Below are positions 59,773-64,000 of a stretch of 64,000 nt of DNA, piece by piece. The notes under the pieces were generated by a model, which ran no database searches, had not been told where the DNA came from, and worked only from the letters and a program-made list of their open reading frames with translations. Source of the DNA: Candidatus Hermodarchaeota archaeon (GTDB taxonomy: Archaea; Asgardarchaeota; Thorarchaeia; Thorarchaeales; Thorarchaeaceae). The translations under genes and the position numbers were made by a program. The DNA is taken from positions 96,001-160,000 of the forward strand of contig JBHLLF010000001.1 in assembly GCA_048885865.1 (NCBI GenBank), read 5' to 3'. The stretch's first letter is position 1. Each line of letters begins with the position of its first letter.

Positions 59773-60596
59773 TGGCCTATCATACAGAGAACATTCTATG
59801 TCCTGTTTGTGGAGGACAAATCGGTGTCGAATACACAGACAAAGTCAATCGTTGTGAGTACTGTGCCAGCTCGGTCCTAGGACCAGGTCAAAGCAGAAAC
59901 TGCGTCAACCACTCAGATATCTTAGCAAAGGCATCTTGTAATGTATGCGGTGATCTCATCTGCGAAGAGTGCATGCAAACTAGGATTGGAGATTATGGAG
60001 GGAAGCTTCTGACCATCGTGCATTGTAACAAGGATACTTGTATTGCAGAAAGTGATTGGGCAAAGCCCCTCAATAGAGAGTTTCAGGAATTGACTAACTT
60101 CGATTGGTCTGATAATAAGGACAACATTATCCTTAGAGTCGTTGGATTGGGTGCAATCCTAATGATGCTGTTCGAGCTCTTCTTCATTCTGGCAATGCTG
60201 TGGATTCAATACTATGATCCTTGGGGACAGTCAGTTCCTTCACCGATTCCATTTCTTTTTGTGCGGGGAGATACCATCGTTATTCTAAATATCATCGGAA
60301 ATGCATTGTCTGCCGTCATACTTCAAACGGCCCTGCAGATTTACATTCATGAAAGACAACTAGGCTCAGGTGTGTTCTTGCTTGGATTTCTACTCCTCGA
60401 GGCGGCATTTCTTCTTGCTAGAGGACTCTACTTCAATCTATTAGCTTACCCAGGAACTTGGCTTGTTCCATTCCTGCTTGGAGCATTTGGAATCGCCACA
60501 CTGATGATATTCTTTGGCTCCTTAGCAGGTATCTATGTGGGATGGAAGAAACACAGCCAGATAGCGGATGCAAAGATAAGACTAGGTCTTGAGTGA
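59772..60596 (+). CDS. Zinc ribbon + B-box zinc finger membrane protein
   Basis: CPVC..CEYC, CVNH...CNVCGDLICEEC and 4 C-terminal TMs. TGATG coupling to the upstream gene. Confidence 0.8.
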   Translation: MAYHTENILCPVCGGQIGVEYTDKVNRCEYCASSVLGPGQSRNCVNHSDILAKASCNVCGDLICEECMQTRIGDYGGKLLTIVHCNKDTCIAESDWAKPLNREFQELTNFDWSDNKDNIILRVVGLGAILMMLFELFFILAMLWIQYYDPWGQSVPSPIPFLFVRGDTIVILNIIGNALSAVILQTALQIYIHERQLGSGVFLLGFLLLEAAFLLARGLYFNLLAYPGTWLVPFLLGAFGIATLMIFFGSLAGIYVGWKKHSQIADAKIRLGLE

Positions 60597-60624
60597 GAAG
60601 TGAGTTTTGCTTAACTCATTTTCC

Positions 60625-62373
60625 TCATTCTTTCGGCGTATCAAACAGGTCGATGAATCTGAACCTATCAACATCAACCAAGCCCCTATCAGTTATCTTG
60701 AGTTTTGGTATCACAGGCAAAGAGAGGAAAGCCATGGTCATGAAAGGCTCACTAAGTGTACTTCCGATGGTCTTTGCGGCATCTTTTAGTTCCTGTATCT
60801 TCTCACTGACTACTTCTATTGTCTGATCTGACATTAGACCTGCAATAGGAAGTGGCAATGAAGCAATGACCTTCTCATCTCTCACTATCGCCAATCCGCC
60901 TTGCATTCGGACAATCTGAACTGCAGCTGCGATTAGGTCTCTGTCGTTGGTTGCTACCGCAACTATGTTGTGACTATCATGAGCAATGGAACTGACCATA
61001 GCTCCTTCCTTTAGACCAAGACCTTTCACAAATCCTATGCCAGTCACATCAGATGCATTGTGCCTTTCAATGATTGCAATCTTTGAAATGTCTCTGTCCA
61101 CATCCGGAATTGCCAGCCCGTCCTCAATCCTAGTTTCCTCAACAAGATGTTTAGTGATAATCTGATCAGGTATAATTCCTATGACATTCATCTTATCGCC
61201 CCGGGCCTTGACCTGGAAATCTTCTGGATCTAGCCATGTTATGTTGACCGATCTTCGGAGCCTTGGCGGTTCGTGCTCTCCAATATCCCAAATCAGCTTC
61301 CCTTTGGATGCAACCACTGCACCATTCTTGTAAACGCTATGGACGTTGATATCCTTCAGATTATCAAGTACTGCAATGTCAGCATGATAGCCGGGTGCAA
61401 TGGCTCCTCTATACTGGAGACCGTAGTGCAGAGCTGTCGATATAGTGGCTACTCGAATGGCTTGGACTGGATCCACACCATAGGATACTGCATCACGAAT
61501 CAGACTGTCAATATGCCCCCTTTCAAGTAAATCCAATGTGTTGCGGTCATCAGTCACAAAACTGCAGAGCAAGGAGGTGTGCGGCTGGATGAGCAGTGCA
61601 AGGTCCTTGAGGTTCTTTGCAGTCGATCCCTCCCTGATATGAATGTGCATCCCCACGGCAAGCTTGGCTTCTGCTTCCTCTAATGTGTAACACTCATGTT
61701 CAGATGTAATCCTAGCAGCAGCATACGCGTTCAGTTCCATTCCTGCAAGGTCAGGAGCATGACCATCAATTCTCTTTCCTGTTGCCAGTGTCACTCTGAT
61801 CTTCTCAAGAATGTCGGGATCTCTATAAACAACTCCGGGATAGTTCATAGCTTCTGCGAGTCCCAAAACATAGTGCTCTGAAAGGAGTGGTTTGATGTCT
61901 AAGAAATCTAGGGCTACCCCATTTGTTTCCAAATCGGTTGATGGCACACATGATGGGAGCATGATGTAAAACTCAAGTGGTCCTCCTCTCATGGACTTGG
62001 ACATGTACATGATTCCCTCGAGTCCTAACACATTTGCGATTTCATGAGGGTCGGCAACAACCGCCCCTGTCCCATGGGGCACCACTGCTCTCGCATATTG
62101 GAGGGGCATGACCATGGATGACTCAATGTGCACATGGGCATCGAAGAACGAAGGAACAATGTACTTGCCCTTGAGATCAACGGTATTGCTGCCAACATAC
62201 TTTCCAATTCCTGCGATGTAGCCTTGGTGAATCGCAACATCTCCCTCGATTATATCTCCGGAAAAGACGTTGACCACTGAAGCATTTTTCAGGACGAGAT
62301 CAGATCGAGTTCTTCCAGCGGCAACATCAATCATCTGGTCAAGGGGGTAGGTATCGGTTTGCGGTGTAGCCAA
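60625..62373 (-). CDS. ade: Adenine deaminase
   Basis: DAHVHIESS, DPHEIANV, DGHAP, REGS, TDD, AHDSHN and LPVIPKLKITD motifs. Confidence 0.95.
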   Translation of the reverse strand: MATPQTDTYPLDQMIDVAAGRTRSDLVLKNASVVNVFSGDIIEGDVAIHQGYIAGIGKYVGSNTVDLKGKYIVPSFFDAHVHIESSMVMPLQYARAVVPHGTGAVVADPHEIANVLGLEGIMYMSKSMRGGPLEFYIMLPSCVPSTDLETNGVALDFLDIKPLLSEHYVLGLAEAMNYPGVVYRDPDILEKIRVTLATGKRIDGHAPDLAGMELNAYAAARITSEHECYTLEEAEAKLAVGMHIHIREGSTAKNLKDLALLIQPHTSLLCSFVTDDRNTLDLLERGHIDSLIRDAVSYGVDPVQAIRVATISTALHYGLQYRGAIAPGYHADIAVLDNLKDINVHSVYKNGAVVASKGKLIWDIGEHEPPRLRRSVNITWLDPEDFQVKARGDKMNVIGIIPDQIITKHLVEETRIEDGLAIPDVDRDISKIAIIERHNASDVTGIGFVKGLGLKEGAMVSSIAHDSHNIVAVATNDRDLIAAAVQIVRMQGGLAIVRDEKVIASLPLPIAGLMSDQTIEVVSEKIQELKDAAKTIGSTLSEPFMTMAFLSLPVIPKLKITDRGLVDVDRFRFIDLFDTPKE

Positions 62374-62681
62374 TCCTCTTCACTCCTTTAGTTTCTCTAC
62401 TCAGACAGACAACAAGAAAGGGTTTCCGGTGTCATCATATTATGCATGGTTTTTTCCATATGCACCTGACCCGAGTCAAGGTTAACTTGTTAAACCTCAC
62501 TCCTTGCTCTCCTCTAGGCTTCACTTGGATACAGCTGCAGCGGTCATACCCATTTTCTGAGTCAGAAAAGTCACCCTTCAAATGCCTCGAAATTTCAGGT
62601 TCATATACTCAGAAACTGAATATGGACGTCAATAGAGAATAATGCTTGTTTAGACAAAGCAGCAGAATTGCATAACTGGTG

Positions 62682-63446
62682 TTAATCCTTCTTTACGCCA
62701 ACAACGATCAGCCTTCTAGCTGTGTTATCATATACGCCCCCATCAAGTCCACCATAGGCACGCACATCTACGAAACCCACTGATCTAAGTAATGACTTCA
62801 GCTCTGTGGCTGAGTAGATATAGTGAGTGACAATCCATTCATGTCTTGTCCCGTCCTGTGTAATCAATATCCAAGTGTTGTGAAACTTCCCCCAATCATC
62901 AACGGGTTTTCTTCGTTCAAGATAGATGCCATACTCCCCTTCGCTCCAGTCCGCTTCTTTGTATATTCTTGCTAGAATTTCCTTCCCCATTACATCAATG
63001 ATGAGACGACCGCCAGGTCTGAGAGATTTGTATACATTATCCAGCACAATCATCTGCTGACTATCGTCATCGAAGTATCCAAACGAAGTGAACATACTCA
63101 AGACAACATCAAAGCTTTTCTCTCGCACAAACTCTCTCATGTCCATCAGCACAAACTCAGTTGAGAGGCCTTCATTCTTTGCTGTGCCCTTGGCTATCTC
63201 TAGGTAGGACTTGGTTCTATCAACACCAGTGACCTTGTATCCTCTTCTTGCGAATTCATTTGAATGCCGGCCGATTCCGCAACACAAGTCCAAGATTTCA
63301 TCTTCAGTTGACATCTCTAATAGCTCGATGATCTTGTCTACTTCTTCGATGGTCATCTCAATCCTCTGTTCACTGAACATGACCCGCCCAAATCTTTCCC
63401 ACAGTTCATCCCTTTCATACCAGGGTGTCTTATCATCAGCTGGCAT
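62682..63446 (-). CDS. Class I SAM-dependent methyltransferase (ATG 63446)
   Basis: ILDLCCGIGRH, DMR, FTSFGYF and LRPGGRLIID motifs. Confidence 0.92.
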   Translation of the reverse strand: MPADDKTPWYERDELWERFGRVMFSEQRIEMTIEEVDKIIELLEMSTEDEILDLCCGIGRHSNEFARRGYKVTGVDRTKSYLEIAKGTAKNEGLSTEFVLMDMREFVREKSFDVVLSMFTSFGYFDDDSQQMIVLDNVYKSLRPGGRLIIDVMGKEILARIYKEADWSEGEYGIYLERRKPVDDWGKFHNTWILITQDGTRHEWIVTHYIYSATELKSLLRSVGFVDVRAYGGLDGGVYDNTARRLIVVGVKKD

Positions 63447-63608
63447 GGCGAATACCCCGATAGATAAACGGAAGAAGGTCCATTTCAACTTTCGGTCAAG
63501 AGTTGCTGTCCAATTCCATTTCGTTTGATTTTTAACTGACATCTGGCGGGGACAGATAGAGATTCAGTAGCAATAGCGACTGTATCTTTTGAGTTATGGA
63601 GACGATTA

Positions 63609-64000
63609 ATGATGACGTGGCTGGAAAGACACCCCATCAGAACGGACTCCAAGAGCATTGCCCTTTTGGCCATCTTCACTTCAATGGTCGTTGCACTTGA
63701 AGTATTCCCGATTGTTGGCGTGACCGACCTCGGACTTCCAGGCGGCTTCACAATTGATTGGACTGGAATCCCGATTGTGATTGTCTTCTTAGGATTAGGC
63801 TTTGTCTATTCGCTTGTGGCAATAGCCGCAATGTGGATGGCAATTGCTTATCGCAATTTCAATGGTGCAGCCTTCAAGGGCTTTGCTGAACTTCACACAA
63901 TAATGGGATTGCTTATCGCCAAGATTCTGATGATGCGTTTCCAATTCGACAAAAGAATTCGAATCCTTGTCTATCTAATATTCGGGACCGTCTTTAGAGT
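63609..64000 (+). CDS. Partial membrane protein, ECF transporter S-component-like (runs off the window; not in the ORF track)
   Basis: Translated by hand: MMTWLERHPIRTDSKSIALLAIFTSMVVALEVFP...IDWTGIPIVIVFLGLG. Confidence 0.65.
   Translation, partial: MMTWLERHPIRTDSKSIALLAIFTSMVVALEVFPIVGVTDLGLPGGFTIDWTGIPIVIVFLGLGFVYSLVAIAAMWMAIAYRNFNGAAFKGFAELHTIMGLLIAKILMMRFQFDKRIRILVYLIFGTVFR

Overview
Gene-dense archaeal chromosome segment, most likely from an Asgard archaeon (Thorarchaeota-like). This is inferred from GGAG(G)TGA-type RBSs, frequent TTG/GTG starts, a geranylgeranyl reductase, and eukaryotic-signature proteins (two tandem Rab-like GTPases, a one-domain gelsolin, an EMC3/TMCO1 insertase). 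Recognisable modules are a LipS2-LplA-LplB lipoylation cluster, a pstSCAB-phoU operon divergent from a Na/Pi cotransporter, pfkA, corA, pcp, adenine deaminase, amidohydrolases, a MoxR AAA+/VWA pair, two stand-alone receiver domains and many Asgard-type hypothetical proteins (coiled-coil, HEAT, TPR, B-box, winged helix). I saw no rRNA, tRNA, CRISPR array or transposase. Signals not explained by gene annotation: (1) a 124-bp, ~83%-identical, palindrome-rich element duplicated in front of two unrelated envelope genes; (2) a strongly base-paired ~150-nt candidate ncRNA inside a ~1.5-kb gene-free stretch; (3) several genes that appear to start at CTG behind strong RBSs; (4) a VWA protein carrying its own copy of the partner ATPase's AAA lid; (5) a pair of membrane B-box proteins; (6) PIP-box-like motifs on three uncharacterised proteins. 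All family calls come from motif reading by eye, with no database searches.
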